Shown here: piece by piece, positions 27,876 to 36,020 of the stretch | Numbering within the stretch: the stretch's first letter is position 1 | Layout of the letters: each line of letters starts with the position of its first letter | Virus record (IMG/VR): IMGVR_UViG_2529293078_000013 | Direction: 5' to 3' (one strand) | DNA length: 39,465 bases | Origin: a virus | Lineage: Duplodnaviria > Heunggongvirae > Uroviricota > Caudoviricetes | The notes under the pieces: generated by a model | The model's database searches: none | What the model saw: only the letters and a program-made list of their open reading frames with translations | What the model was told of the DNA's origin: nothing | Made by a program: the position numbers and the translations under genes

Positions 27876-28317
27876 GGCCGGGGAGTTTCACCCCCTTTGA
27901 ATAAATCCAGCGGATATACTGCTTACAGGACGCGGGCATCTGCCCGGCATTGATCAGGCGCAGAAGCGTGGAGTTGCGAAAGTTCGTTTCACCGGCCCAG
28001 AAGATCCACGAAGCCAGCGCCACCGTCTGACCACGGGTAAGCGGCACCTGAACACGCCGATCAATGGCCGCAAAGGCCCATTTCATGTCCTTTTCCAGTA
28101 GTTCCAGGCATTCTTCATCTGTCAGGGTCATACCCGGTTTCACATCCGGGCCGGTATGGCCGTAACAGATGGTGGGTGTACCGGTGGGATCGATATACGT
28201 GGAGTTTTCTTTCCCTTCCCAGTAACCGGTGTAATGCGTGGCAATCGTGAACGTCCCGGCACCGGCCAGAACAAGGGCAATCAGCTTTTTACGCAGTGGT
28301 GCGGGGAGTTTTGGCAT
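27817..28317 (-). CDS. SAR endolysin (lysozyme-like) resembling Mu Lys
   Basis: N-terminal signal-anchor LIALVLAGAGTFTIA; CYGHTGPDV and AAIDRRVQVPLT match Mu Lys motifs as I recall them. Confidence 0.8.
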   Translation of the reverse strand: MPKLPAPLRKKLIALVLAGAGTFTIATHYTGYWEGKENSTYIDPTGTPTICYGHTGPDVKPGMTLTDEECLELLEKDMKWAFAAIDRRVQVPLTRGQTVALASWIFWAGETNFRNSTLLRLINAGQMPASCKQYIRWIYSKGVKLPGLEARRSADEWLCRYDLPKV

Positions 28318-28388
28318 TGTTACGCTGTCTCATGATGTTCTCTGAGTCAGCGTAACGGTGAAGGAGAGGCGGCAGGCTTTGCGGAATA

Positions 28389-28814
28389 TCAGAAAAGTGG
28401 CGGTTGCGTTCTTACCAGATGCAGACGGCGCTGTTCGCGTATGACGGTATAAATCTGGGTTTCTGACATCCGGTAATGGCGGCGAAGGGATTCAATTTTC
28501 TCGCCCCGGTCCCAGCGCGAAAATATCTCATTGTTTCGCAGCTCGGCAAAGAGAGATTCCCCGACCGGCAGGTAATAACCCCGTCCGCCCATATAGGCGG
28601 CCTGAGCCGCAGCCACCTTGCGTGCCAGTTTACCGGCCAGTACCGGCTCAATCCCCTGACGCTGAAGTTCTGCGCCGGTGACTTCAACCAGTTCTGACAG
28701 GGTCCGCGGCCAGTTCTTTTTGAGAACATCATCAGGGATGTCATCAAGGCGGTCGATAAGGGCGTGCAGTTGCTCACTGTCACCACCAAACATGCTCATC
28801 TGAGTTTCTGCCAT
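28389..28814 (-). CDS. Mor/C-family late-transcription activator (the only recognisable member in this phage)
   Basis: C-terminal region GGRGYYLPVGESL...LRRHYRMSETQIYTVIREQRR resembles the Mor/C HTH; lies after the early terminator and before lys. Confidence 0.75.
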   Translation of the reverse strand: MAETQMSMFGGDSEQLHALIDRLDDIPDDVLKKNWPRTLSELVEVTGAELQRQGIEPVLAGKLARKVAAAQAAYMGGRGYYLPVGESLFAELRNNEIFSRWDRGEKIESLRRHYRMSETQIYTVIREQRRLHLVRTQPPLF

Positions 28815-28856
28815 ATCAGCCTCCGGTTCTCGCGTTCCCGGTAAGTTTAAAATAAA

Positions 28857-28880
28857 AATCCCGCGTTGTGGCGGGATTTG
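28857..28880 (-). terminator. Rho-independent terminator at the end of the early operon
   Basis: 9-bp stem AAATCCCGC/GCGGGATTT with 6-nt loop; on the minus-strand RNA it is followed by UUUAUUUUAAA. Confidence 0.65.
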
Positions 28881-28883
28881 GAG

Positions 28884-29393
28884 TTAACGGGGAAGTGATT
28901 TTTCATACTGCCTGCAAACGGCGTCATACCCCATCAGCGTGCGTTCGGGCATTCCCATCGCGGCCAGCATTTTGCGGCGGTGCCATCGCTTGAGACGCTC
29001 CAGCACATCTGAGGCCAGGGCGGGGTGTTGCTCCAGCCACTGCCAGTTTGCCACACCTTCGCCGCCGTTCTGCGCGGCCGTCTGCGATTTCACCCAGCGG
29101 TTAAGGGCGGTTTCCGCACCATCGGTGATAAAGCCCTGCCGGTGCATCACCTTCCAGATGGCGCGAATTTTGGCGGTCACCGTACCCGGTTTTAAGGCCC
29201 GGTTAACCGGGTTCTGACGCACTTTAAAACCGCGTTTTTTGAAAACATCCAGCACGCGGGATAACTCATCCGGTGACATATCCCGGCAGCTGGTTTTGCC
29301 GGTAGCTGCCAGCAGCGCGGATGTATAAGTCTCATCATCCAGGGCAAGCTCGCGCTTTGCCACATGAATGGCGGATATCAGTTTTCCTCTCAT
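28884..29393 (-). CDS. GemA-like protein (Mu gp16-position)
   Basis: 169-aa basic protein, last early gene before the terminator. Confidence 0.6.
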   Translation of the reverse strand: MRGKLISAIHVAKRELALDDETYTSALLAATGKTSCRDMSPDELSRVLDVFKKRGFKVRQNPVNRALKPGTVTAKIRAIWKVMHRQGFITDGAETALNRWVKSQTAAQNGGEGVANWQWLEQHPALASDVLERLKRWHRRKMLAAMGMPERTLMGYDAVCRQYEKSLPR

Positions 29394-29686
29394 ACCGTAT
29401 TTACCTTTTTACGGACATGGAAAGCCTTTTCTGCCTCATCCCACCGGGCATGGTGTGTTGGCGGAATAATCATTATGTGCCAGCCATCTCTGCTTGTTAT
29501 TCGGCAGAAAAATTCACCGTTATATAACACAATGGCCTGCTGAATGAGCGCATCAGCCGCCCGTTCAACCGGATGTCTTTTATCAAAAAAGCAGATGATT
29601 TTTCGACATAACCACCGGGTAATAACAAATGCGCCGAAAAAGGATGTGATATATAAGCACCAGAACAACAGAGAACTATTGTCCAT
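29390..29686 (-). CDS. Hypothetical small membrane protein (AT-rich early block)
   Basis: 98 aa with N-terminal TM helix LLFWCLYITSFFGAFVITRWL. Confidence 0.45.
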   Translation of the reverse strand: MDNSSLLFWCLYITSFFGAFVITRWLCRKIICFFDKRHPVERAADALIQQAIVLYNGEFFCRITSRDGWHIMIIPPTHHARWDEAEKAFHVRKKVNTV

Positions 29687-29873
29687 TATCTTTCTCCTTA
29701 TTCACTCTTCTGCGGCATTCGGCACAGTCATCAGGGCTTTCAAATGTATCCGGCTCGCGATTATGAGCCAGATATAACCACCGTCCACATATACTGATAT
29801 TTTCGCCTGTTTTAAAAAAATGATGCTTCCTGGCCATTAGTGGCCGCGCCCATCCAGCGGGTAGACTATTCAT
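29676..29873 (-). CDS. Hypothetical 65-aa protein with Cys/His cluster
   Basis: ICGRW...H...CAEC spacing suggests possible metal binding. Confidence 0.4.
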   Translation of the reverse strand: MNSLPAGWARPLMARKHHFFKTGENISICGRWLYLAHNREPDTFESPDDCAECRRRVNKEKDNGQ

Positions 29874-30201
29874 TTGCTTTATCCTCCATGCTGGACAGAA
29901 TCATATGTATTAATGTCGGGCGTGGAGATATACGCATTTCATTAAGCGTCTGAAGGGCAGCAACAGCTGCCTGTTTATCGGTGCCTTTGGCAATTTCAGC
30001 AAGAGAATGCACAATCCATAACGGGCTTAACGCTACGGCTGAATGCAGAATCATGTCATCCATAATAATTTCTGGCATATCCCGTTTGTCACATTCTTTA
30101 TCCATAAAAGAAACGATTTTTTCTGCATCTTCCGGTTTCATGCCTCCGGCGATGAGAATTTTACGATATTCATAAGACGATCTTAATTCAATACTCATCA
30201 T
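29866..30201 (-). CDS. Hypothetical protein
   Basis: 111-aa ORF coupled to its neighbours. Confidence 0.45.
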   Translation of the reverse strand: MMSIELRSSYEYRKILIAGGMKPEDAEKIVSFMDKECDKRDMPEIIMDDMILHSAVALSPLWIVHSLAEIAKGTDKQAAVAALQTLNEMRISPRPTLIHMILSSMEDKANE

Positions 30202-30213
30202 TCACCTGCCTGT

Positions 30214-30606
30214 TTAATCAGTTTCCAGTGCTTTGCTACGGGCAACAGCCTCACACTCAAAAAATACCGACTCCGGCACACGCTCCTTTAATTCACGAAC
30301 AAGAAAATCATTAACGAGTTCATGACGTCTTATATTTCTTTCCTTTTCCTCCTGGCGCAATACAGCAAGGCGGTATTCAACAGTCCGGCGTTGTTTCTGA
30401 AAGACAGCCAGTGCTTTTCTGGCAGAGTTACGCCATGTATCATCGCCACAGGGTTCGTATTCAAGCTGAAATTTAATCTCTTCAATGGTTTCTTTTATTT
30501 TTGCCAGCAAGCTAAGACAGTCGCTGATTGTCTTCAGTTTTTCATTATCAATATAACTTCTCACGCATTCACCTCCCGTCATTCCGGTAAAGCTGAAATA
30601 TGGCAC
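30214..30606 (-). CDS. Hypothetical protein
   Basis: 130-aa ORF with coiled-coil-like centre. Confidence 0.45.
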   Translation of the reverse strand: MPYFSFTGMTGGECVRSYIDNEKLKTISDCLSLLAKIKETIEEIKFQLEYEPCGDDTWRNSARKALAVFQKQRRTVEYRLAVLRQEEKERNIRRHELVNDFLVRELKERVPESVFFECEAVARSKALETD

Positions 30607-30890
30607 CAGTGCGTCACCTGTCCGTCCTCATCTTCAAGGCAGGCTCCGGTTTCTTCATCAATAAAAAAGCCTTCATACCCCATATGGCCGATGCGCAGTT
30701 CCTGTTGGTCACCATACTGAACAATCAGCACGACAGCCTCCATATCAGGCGGAAATGCGTCATCCAGTGAATGCCAGGGATAACCGCGCAAATCCCCGAA
30801 ATAAACACCGGTCAGCGTTCCGCCACAAACCGACATTCCGGCGGCACATACCAGAGGCTCGTCTGATTCAACAAATAATGTCGTTATCAT
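30579..30890 (-). CDS. Hypothetical strongly acidic protein (candidate DNA-mimic/anti-restriction)
   Basis: 103 aa with about 19 Asp/Glu against 2 Arg and no Lys. Confidence 0.45.
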   Translation of the reverse strand: MITTLFVESDEPLVCAAGMSVCGGTLTGVYFGDLRGYPWHSLDDAFPPDMEAVVLIVQYGDQQELRIGHMGYEGFFIDEETGACLEDEDGQVTHWCHISALPE

Positions 30891-31438
30891 GGCATTAACT
30901 CCCGTAATACAACATCTTCGGCAGTCCGGCGATGGTGATAAATAAAATTCACCGTACTCTCGGATAATTCAAATTTCTCGCCTATTTCCCGGAAGGTAAG
31001 ACGTCGTGGTGATTCAGCATCCCGTAATTCACGAATAAGATGAACATCATCATCAGGTATACGGGTGAAGGGCAGCAACTCTCCGTATTTTTTCATGCTT
31101 ACGCCAATATATCGCGCCCGTTTGTGGACAGGATCCCGGTCTCGCCCCAGATATTCTCCTATTTGCTTACCGGTCATCGTTCTGGCATTTTTTCGGATAA
31201 ATTTATCTTCATCATGTTTAAATCTTGGACGTTTGCATTTGAGCAACTCCGGGTAAGTACCGCGTAATAAAACAATCCGGTGATGTACACCCCAGAAACT
31301 TCTTTTTACCCTGACAGCAATATCCTTAACCGGGGTGGATGGATAAAGCGCAATCAGCAGTGCATCTTCTTCAGGTGTCCACGCACGGACATGAGCGGGT
31401 GCACGGCCTTTTCGCCCCATGGGTTGTAAAATCATCAT
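30887..31438 (-). CDS. Putative DNA-binding regulator with repeated HTH-like segments
   Basis: WTPEEDALLIALYP..., GKQIGEYLGRD..., LTFREIGEKFELSESTVNFIYHHRR. Confidence 0.5.
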   Translation of the reverse strand: MMILQPMGRKGRAPAHVRAWTPEEDALLIALYPSTPVKDIAVRVKRSFWGVHHRIVLLRGTYPELLKCKRPRFKHDEDKFIRKNARTMTGKQIGEYLGRDRDPVHKRARYIGVSMKKYGELLPFTRIPDDDVHLIRELRDAESPRRLTFREIGEKFELSESTVNFIYHHRRTAEDVVLRELMP

Positions 31439-31441
31439 ACA

Positions 31442-31957
31442 TCACCCCCTGACTCGCTTTTCAGCAGCATAAAACTCATCAGACAGAATTTCGGTCATTT
31501 TCTGTTTTGCGGGTTTTACGCCGCACTGAAGGTAAATCACATCGTCAACGCAGAACCACTCCACAGGGCCAAACAGGATTGCCGAGAAATCAATACCCAG
31601 CCAGAACAACAGGGCATCGGTTCTGGCATACGTGACGGGCGAATATTCACGCCACAGACTGTTAAGTTCGTCAGAGGCAGCGCACAGGGCTTTGGGAATA
31701 CACGATGTGCGCGGCGTGCAGCTCCAGCCATTCGACGCAGTCGGTTTTCGCCATAAGTCGCGATGAAAAGGATATTTGTTATCCGTAAAACGCAGTCCTT
31801 TAAAATAAAAACCATTGATACCGGATACAAATACCGACCGACAATCAACATTCAGCACGGCCTCAAGACGTTTTGCCTCATCCTTAACTTTCTGGCAGTC
31901 CTGCTGGTATTTTTGCCACGCAGCCAGCGCGGAAGGGTTTGATGTTTTAAAGAACAT
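31442..31957 (-). CDS. Hypothetical early protein
   Basis: 171-aa ORF, tightly packed with its neighbours. Confidence 0.5.
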   Translation of the reverse strand: MFFKTSNPSALAAWQKYQQDCQKVKDEAKRLEAVLNVDCRSVFVSGINGFYFKGLRFTDNKYPFHRDLWRKPTASNGWSCTPRTSCIPKALCAASDELNSLWREYSPVTYARTDALLFWLGIDFSAILFGPVEWFCVDDVIYLQCGVKPAKQKMTEILSDEFYAAEKRVRG

Positions 31958-32490
31958 TACGCCACCTCCGCAGATATCCCGGCAGGCGCGGCCGTCCGGT
32001 CAACAATCAGGTAACGCAGAACGCGCGAGGTGATATTCCAGCCGCTTAAACCGCAGATAATGACACCCAGGCGAATGTCGATATACGCCATCACAAACTG
32101 GGGCACGCCTTCTTTCATGGCCTGCTCATCAACTTCAGCCACCACATAAACGGTTTCGCAGGTCAGTACGCCCTGAGCAAATTCCCACGCCATCGACGGA
32201 ATATCATGCCCCTCAATCCACGGCAGGGACTTTCTGAAGCTGCACCACTGAACATCATCAGCCGCACCTTCCTGGCTGCATTTGCGACGAACCGGCTGCA
32301 CCGGGCGGGGACGCGGAATATCATAAAAACCGTTACATTCCGTCAGCACCCCGGCATCGACCGCATCACGCAGAAAATAAACCATCGAGGATGGCGGCAT
32401 ATTCATTTTTTCAGCCAGAACACCGCAGGTCAGACGTCCGTAAATACGCAGCCAGTTTTTAACCCCTTCAAGCACTTTTGCATCAATCAT
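31957..32490 (-). CDS. Hypothetical early protein, possible winged-helix N-terminus
   Basis: 177-aa ORF; start overlaps the upstream stop. Confidence 0.5.
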   Translation of the reverse strand: MIDAKVLEGVKNWLRIYGRLTCGVLAEKMNMPPSSMVYFLRDAVDAGVLTECNGFYDIPRPRPVQPVRRKCSQEGAADDVQWCSFRKSLPWIEGHDIPSMAWEFAQGVLTCETVYVVAEVDEQAMKEGVPQFVMAYIDIRLGVIICGLSGWNITSRVLRYLIVDRTAAPAGISAEVA

Positions 32491-32493
32491 GAA

Positions 32494-33036
32494 TTATTCC
32501 TCCGTCAGCGCCACATATTCAGAATGTTTAATTTCCTGGCATTCTTCAGGAATACACCCGTTTATTTCCCTGCCATAAGCGCCTACTTTAAACACCACGC
32601 ACAGGGCATCACGGGAGAGTGACGGGGTCCACCAGGAGTCCGTGTTAAACATGGAGGGGATTCTCATTACCCCCAGCTTTTCACAGAGCCAGACAAGGAA
32701 ATCAGGACGCTTTCTTAACTCGCGTTCAGCGGCTTCAACCATTGCGGCAATCGCCGGACCTTCAGGGCATGACTCATCAGGTCTGGCAATAAAGCACGGT
32801 CCGCCCCCGATAAAAGCCACATCATCGCGCTTACGCCAGCCCGCAGGCAGAGAACCAGAAAAATAAAACTCACTGATTACGTCCATGGCGAACGGCTTTA
32901 AGCGCAATCCGGCAGCGCCTGTATTTTTCAGTAATGCCCGAAGAATACTGTTGCGTAGCGGTAAAACAGTCTGTTGATATTTGGTGAAATATTTATTTGT
33001 CTGTACACGGTCTAATTTGAAATAAAAATATGCCAT
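32494..33036 (-). CDS. Hypothetical early protein
   Basis: 180-aa ORF directly downstream of gam. Confidence 0.5.
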   Translation of the reverse strand: MAYFYFKLDRVQTNKYFTKYQQTVLPLRNSILRALLKNTGAAGLRLKPFAMDVISEFYFSGSLPAGWRKRDDVAFIGGGPCFIARPDESCPEGPAIAAMVEAAERELRKRPDFLVWLCEKLGVMRIPSMFNTDSWWTPSLSRDALCVVFKVGAYGREINGCIPEECQEIKHSEYVALTEE

Positions 33037-33133
33037 ATTTCCTGTTCCTTATTTTCAGTTTACAGGCGCAGGCAGTCCCCTGACGCGAGCGCCATAATTA
33101 AAACGAAGTGATATTTAATTGATTAATGCGGTG

Positions 33134-33664
33134 TTATTTATTCAGTCCGGCGTCCTGTTCAAAAGGCTCGACATAAAAACTTTCAGCGCCTTTATTCACC
33201 TTAATACCGGCAATCCCTTTCACCGCATCCGGCTCCGCCAGGACCGCTTCCTTGTTCACTTCCTCTTTCGTGCGGATAAAACGCTCAAGGCCCATACGGC
33301 GCAGCATTTCAATCACACCTTCCACATCACGACTGACGCTGCATGATGGATTCCCCAGTCGCCATGACACCGTTCCGGTGGTCAGATTGGCAGTTTTGGT
33401 TTTGCCGCCGTTCGTCAGCTCATCACGGTTGGTTTTGCACCAGTCCTGAATCCCCTTAAAAAGCACTTTGATTTCTTTTTTAAGGTTTTCAATCTGCGGC
33501 GTATAACGGGCGGTGATTTCTGCCACTTCATCATTCATCGCTGTTTCCAGGCGCAGCGCCTCTCGCTGAATATCGCCCAGGGTGCGGATATCGCGGCTGA
33601 CCTCTTCACGGGTCTGCGGTGCCGCCTCTGCTGCGGCCTTTAATTTTGTAACGCGTTTTGCCAT
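33134..33664 (-). CDS. gam: Host-nuclease inhibitor Gam (Mu Gam/Ku-like DNA end-binding protein)
   Basis: LETAMNDEVAEIT..., NRDELTNGGKTKTANLTTGTVSWR, FIRTKEEVNKEAVLAEP closely match Mu Gam as I recall it. Confidence 0.9.
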   Translation of the reverse strand: MAKRVTKLKAAAEAAPQTREEVSRDIRTLGDIQREALRLETAMNDEVAEITARYTPQIENLKKEIKVLFKGIQDWCKTNRDELTNGGKTKTANLTTGTVSWRLGNPSCSVSRDVEGVIEMLRRMGLERFIRTKEEVNKEAVLAEPDAVKGIAGIKVNKGAESFYVEPFEQDAGLNK

Positions 33665-33675
33665 TTTGTTTTTCC

Positions 33676-33969
33676 TTATTGCAGTGTGCCTGATGCTTTA
33701 TGCACGCGGTGGCGTTTAATGATGGCATCCGCCCCAAAAGCCTGTACAGATGCCTGAAATTCCGCTGAGAGAAACTGAATAATTTCAGGACTGTGATACT
33801 GGAGAATACTTGCATAAACGCCACAGAGTGACGTCGGCCTGTTATTCGTATCACGTTCTGTTTTTACATCCACACCAATCTTTTCATGCACTTCAACACA
33901 GTCATTGCCTGCCGGTTTTTCGTCATGCGAAACATGCTTAAATTCAAAAATAACGCGTACTTTGCTCAT
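33676..33969 (-). CDS. Hypothetical protein, tandem paralogue 2 (start at internal Met 33969)
   Basis: Begins MSKVRVIFEFKH..., paralogous to the upstream MSKVVRIIFEYKEH... protein. Confidence 0.5.
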   Translation of the reverse strand: MSKVRVIFEFKHVSHDEKPAGNDCVEVHEKIGVDVKTERDTNNRPTSLCGVYASILQYHSPEIIQFLSAEFQASVQAFGADAIIKRHRVHKASGTLQ

Positions 33970-33973
33970 GGAA

Positions 33974-34246
33974 TTACCCCTGCTGATTAAATTCATTACC
34001 TTTAATAACCCCGGAACGCATGCTCATATCTTTCATGAGCGCACTGGCTTTCATTGCCACAAGTTCAGCAAAGTCTCTGCTTTCCGCGAGCATAACCACC
34101 CCAAAAATCATGGCGGGTCCATCACCTTTCTGCTTTATCCCGGTTGAACGTATGTCCAGACTTACCCCCATGCGCACTGTTCCATCAGCGTTTTTATGGA
34201 TAACGTGCTCCTTGTATTCGAAAATAATGCGTACGACTTTACTCAT
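33974..34246 (-). CDS. Hypothetical protein, tandem paralogue 1
   Basis: 90 aa; N-terminus MSKVVRIIFEYKEH shared with the downstream gene. Confidence 0.5.
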   Translation of the reverse strand: MSKVVRIIFEYKEHVIHKNADGTVRMGVSLDIRSTGIKQKGDGPAMIFGVVMLAESRDFAELVAMKASALMKDMSMRSGVIKGNEFNQQG

Positions 34247-34524
34247 CCTCTGGTCCTCGTTCTGTTTGGATAACTGACCCGGCGTCTGACCTCACGGCAG
34301 AACCGAATCATGGCATTAAAGGCTTCTTCCTCCGTCACCGCTTCCGGTATCCCCGGAACCAGTAACTGCTCCTGTTCATCACGTCCATGACGCGCCATAA
34401 CCTCAATCACATGCCGTACCGTGGCAGGCTTTCCGGCAACTATCGGCAATGCACCTTCCGGCAGGACGTAACCAAACTCAATAAGACCACTCGACCACGC
34501 CCATGCAATGAGATTTTTTTTCAC
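34243..34524 (-). CDS. Hypothetical early protein
   Basis: 93-aa ORF coupled to its neighbours. Confidence 0.45.
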   Translation of the reverse strand: MKKNLIAWAWSSGLIEFGYVLPEGALPIVAGKPATVRHVIEVMARHGRDEQEQLLVPGIPEAVTEEEAFNAMIRFCREVRRRVSYPNRTRTRG

Positions 34525-34525
34525 C

Positions 34526-34792
34526 TCACACCTCCCAGTAAACCGTGCAGCCGCTGATGCGGGTGGCCTTCACACGGCGGCGCAGGCCGTTGGTCTGTAT
34601 GGTGATTTCAATTTCACCGGTTCCCTGCACGTTGCCTACCGGCGGCGTGGTTTTCAGTGCAAAACGTTGCGGATAGCGCTTACTGCGTTCCAGTACCGCA
34701 CCGGCAAGTTCGGTCAGACGGCGCGCGCTGTTCAGGGAGTCGAATAAATTCATTTTGTTACCGCAGGATTGCATATTCATATAACACCTCAT
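34526..34792 (-). CDS. Hypothetical early protein
   Basis: 88-aa ORF; start may be an internal Met. Confidence 0.4.
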   Translation of the reverse strand: MRCYMNMQSCGNKMNLFDSLNSARRLTELAGAVLERSKRYPQRFALKTTPPVGNVQGTGEIEITIQTNGLRRRVKATRISGCTVYWEV

Positions 34793-35020
34793 TTAGCTGA
34801 CTTGTTTCGCACCAACAGAACGGCATATTCCGCTGTAAACGTCTGTCGCACCTTCGCGATCAAGTCCGGCAGATATCACCATTCGTGTGCGGTCATTAAA
34901 TTCAAAAAGTAAATCGCCACATTCTTTATTTTCGGCCAGTGAAATCACCTTCACGTTATCGAAATTAACCAGGTAAAAGCGTCCGTAAATATCAGGAATA
35001 TTAAATACCGCCATAATCAC
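34793..35020 (-). CDS. Hypothetical small protein at the Mu kil position (first gene after B)
   Basis: 75 aa, overlaps the B stop; Mu kil is about this size and here, but no sequence recognition. Confidence 0.45.
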   Translation of the reverse strand: MIMAVFNIPDIYGRFYLVNFDNVKVISLAENKECGDLLFEFNDRTRMVISAGLDREGATDVYSGICRSVGAKQVS

Positions 35021-35949
35021 ACCTGTGAGAGTAATTCAGGGTTGGTATAAACCTCTTTAAAGGCCGCATTAATATGTTTTTCTGTCAGCGCCGCGCCTTC
35101 ACCGCTGGCGGTGAGCCACGCCTGGTTAAGCGTATGTGTCAGAACGCGTAACGCTCCCGGCTTTTCAGCGATAGCCTGCATGACGGCCAGCTCGGCCTCA
35201 CCACTGATCCCCCACGCCCTGGCAATGGCCAGCACATCCGCCTTTTTGGCCTTGCGAAGTTGTTTTGTACGGGCAAGACGGCTGAACAGGCGCGATAAAT
35301 CATCAAAGGCGCGGCGTCCACCTTTAAACAATCCGCGCGGGTTACCAATAAGCACCATCCCGATCCCCGTGGCGTCCTGAATTGCCCGGAGTTGCTCCAG
35401 ACCGTCAATACCCAGATGATCCGCCTCATCCACAATCACCAGTCCACGCGTTCCCATCAGGCGACGGCGGATGGCGCGGGATAATGCCCCTTTGTTCGCG
35501 CGGGTGTAATCAATCCCCAGCGCATCGGCCAGCTCCAGCAGACACTCCGTGACGCTGGAGTGCGCGGGTGACAGGGTGATCATCCAGGTGTTTGGTTGCT
35601 CCTGGCAGTAATTACGGGCAGTGGCCGTTTTACCCACACCCGGTACGCCCACAATAACGTTAATACAGCCCATCAGACGAACCGCCTGAAACAGTGCGCG
35701 CAGCTCCTGGACTGTCTGCGTTTCCACAAACTGCGGCGGTTCCGGCAGTGCGCTTTGTTTATTCCAGTTTTCATACCAGGAACGCAGGGAAGCAGCCACA
35801 GCGGCGTTATCGCCTTTATATTTCCCCTTGCGGAAAGCCGATAATGTGCCGTCGGAAATTCCCGCCTCTCTGGCGATGGCATACTGCGTCAGTACGCCGC
35901 CATCAATAAGTTCATCAATGGTCTTGATTACATCGTTAATATCAGTCAT
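35017..35949 (-). CDS. B: Transposition ATPase / target DNA activator B (MuB-like AAA+)
   Basis: Walker A GVPGVGKT, Walker B LVIVDEADHL, and FVETQTV / KKADV...AW / KPGALR motifs match MuB as I recall it. Confidence 0.9.
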   Translation of the reverse strand: MTDINDVIKTIDELIDGGVLTQYAIAREAGISDGTLSAFRKGKYKGDNAAVAASLRSWYENWNKQSALPEPPQFVETQTVQELRALFQAVRLMGCINVIVGVPGVGKTATARNYCQEQPNTWMITLSPAHSSVTECLLELADALGIDYTRANKGALSRAIRRRLMGTRGLVIVDEADHLGIDGLEQLRAIQDATGIGMVLIGNPRGLFKGGRRAFDDLSRLFSRLARTKQLRKAKKADVLAIARAWGISGEAELAVMQAIAEKPGALRVLTHTLNQAWLTASGEGAALTEKHINAAFKEVYTNPELLSQV

Positions 35950-36020
35950 ATTATTAACCTCTCATTTGATACCTTGTTTAATCAAATAACCTGAGTCGCC
36001 GCTCGGGTTATTTTTTTATT

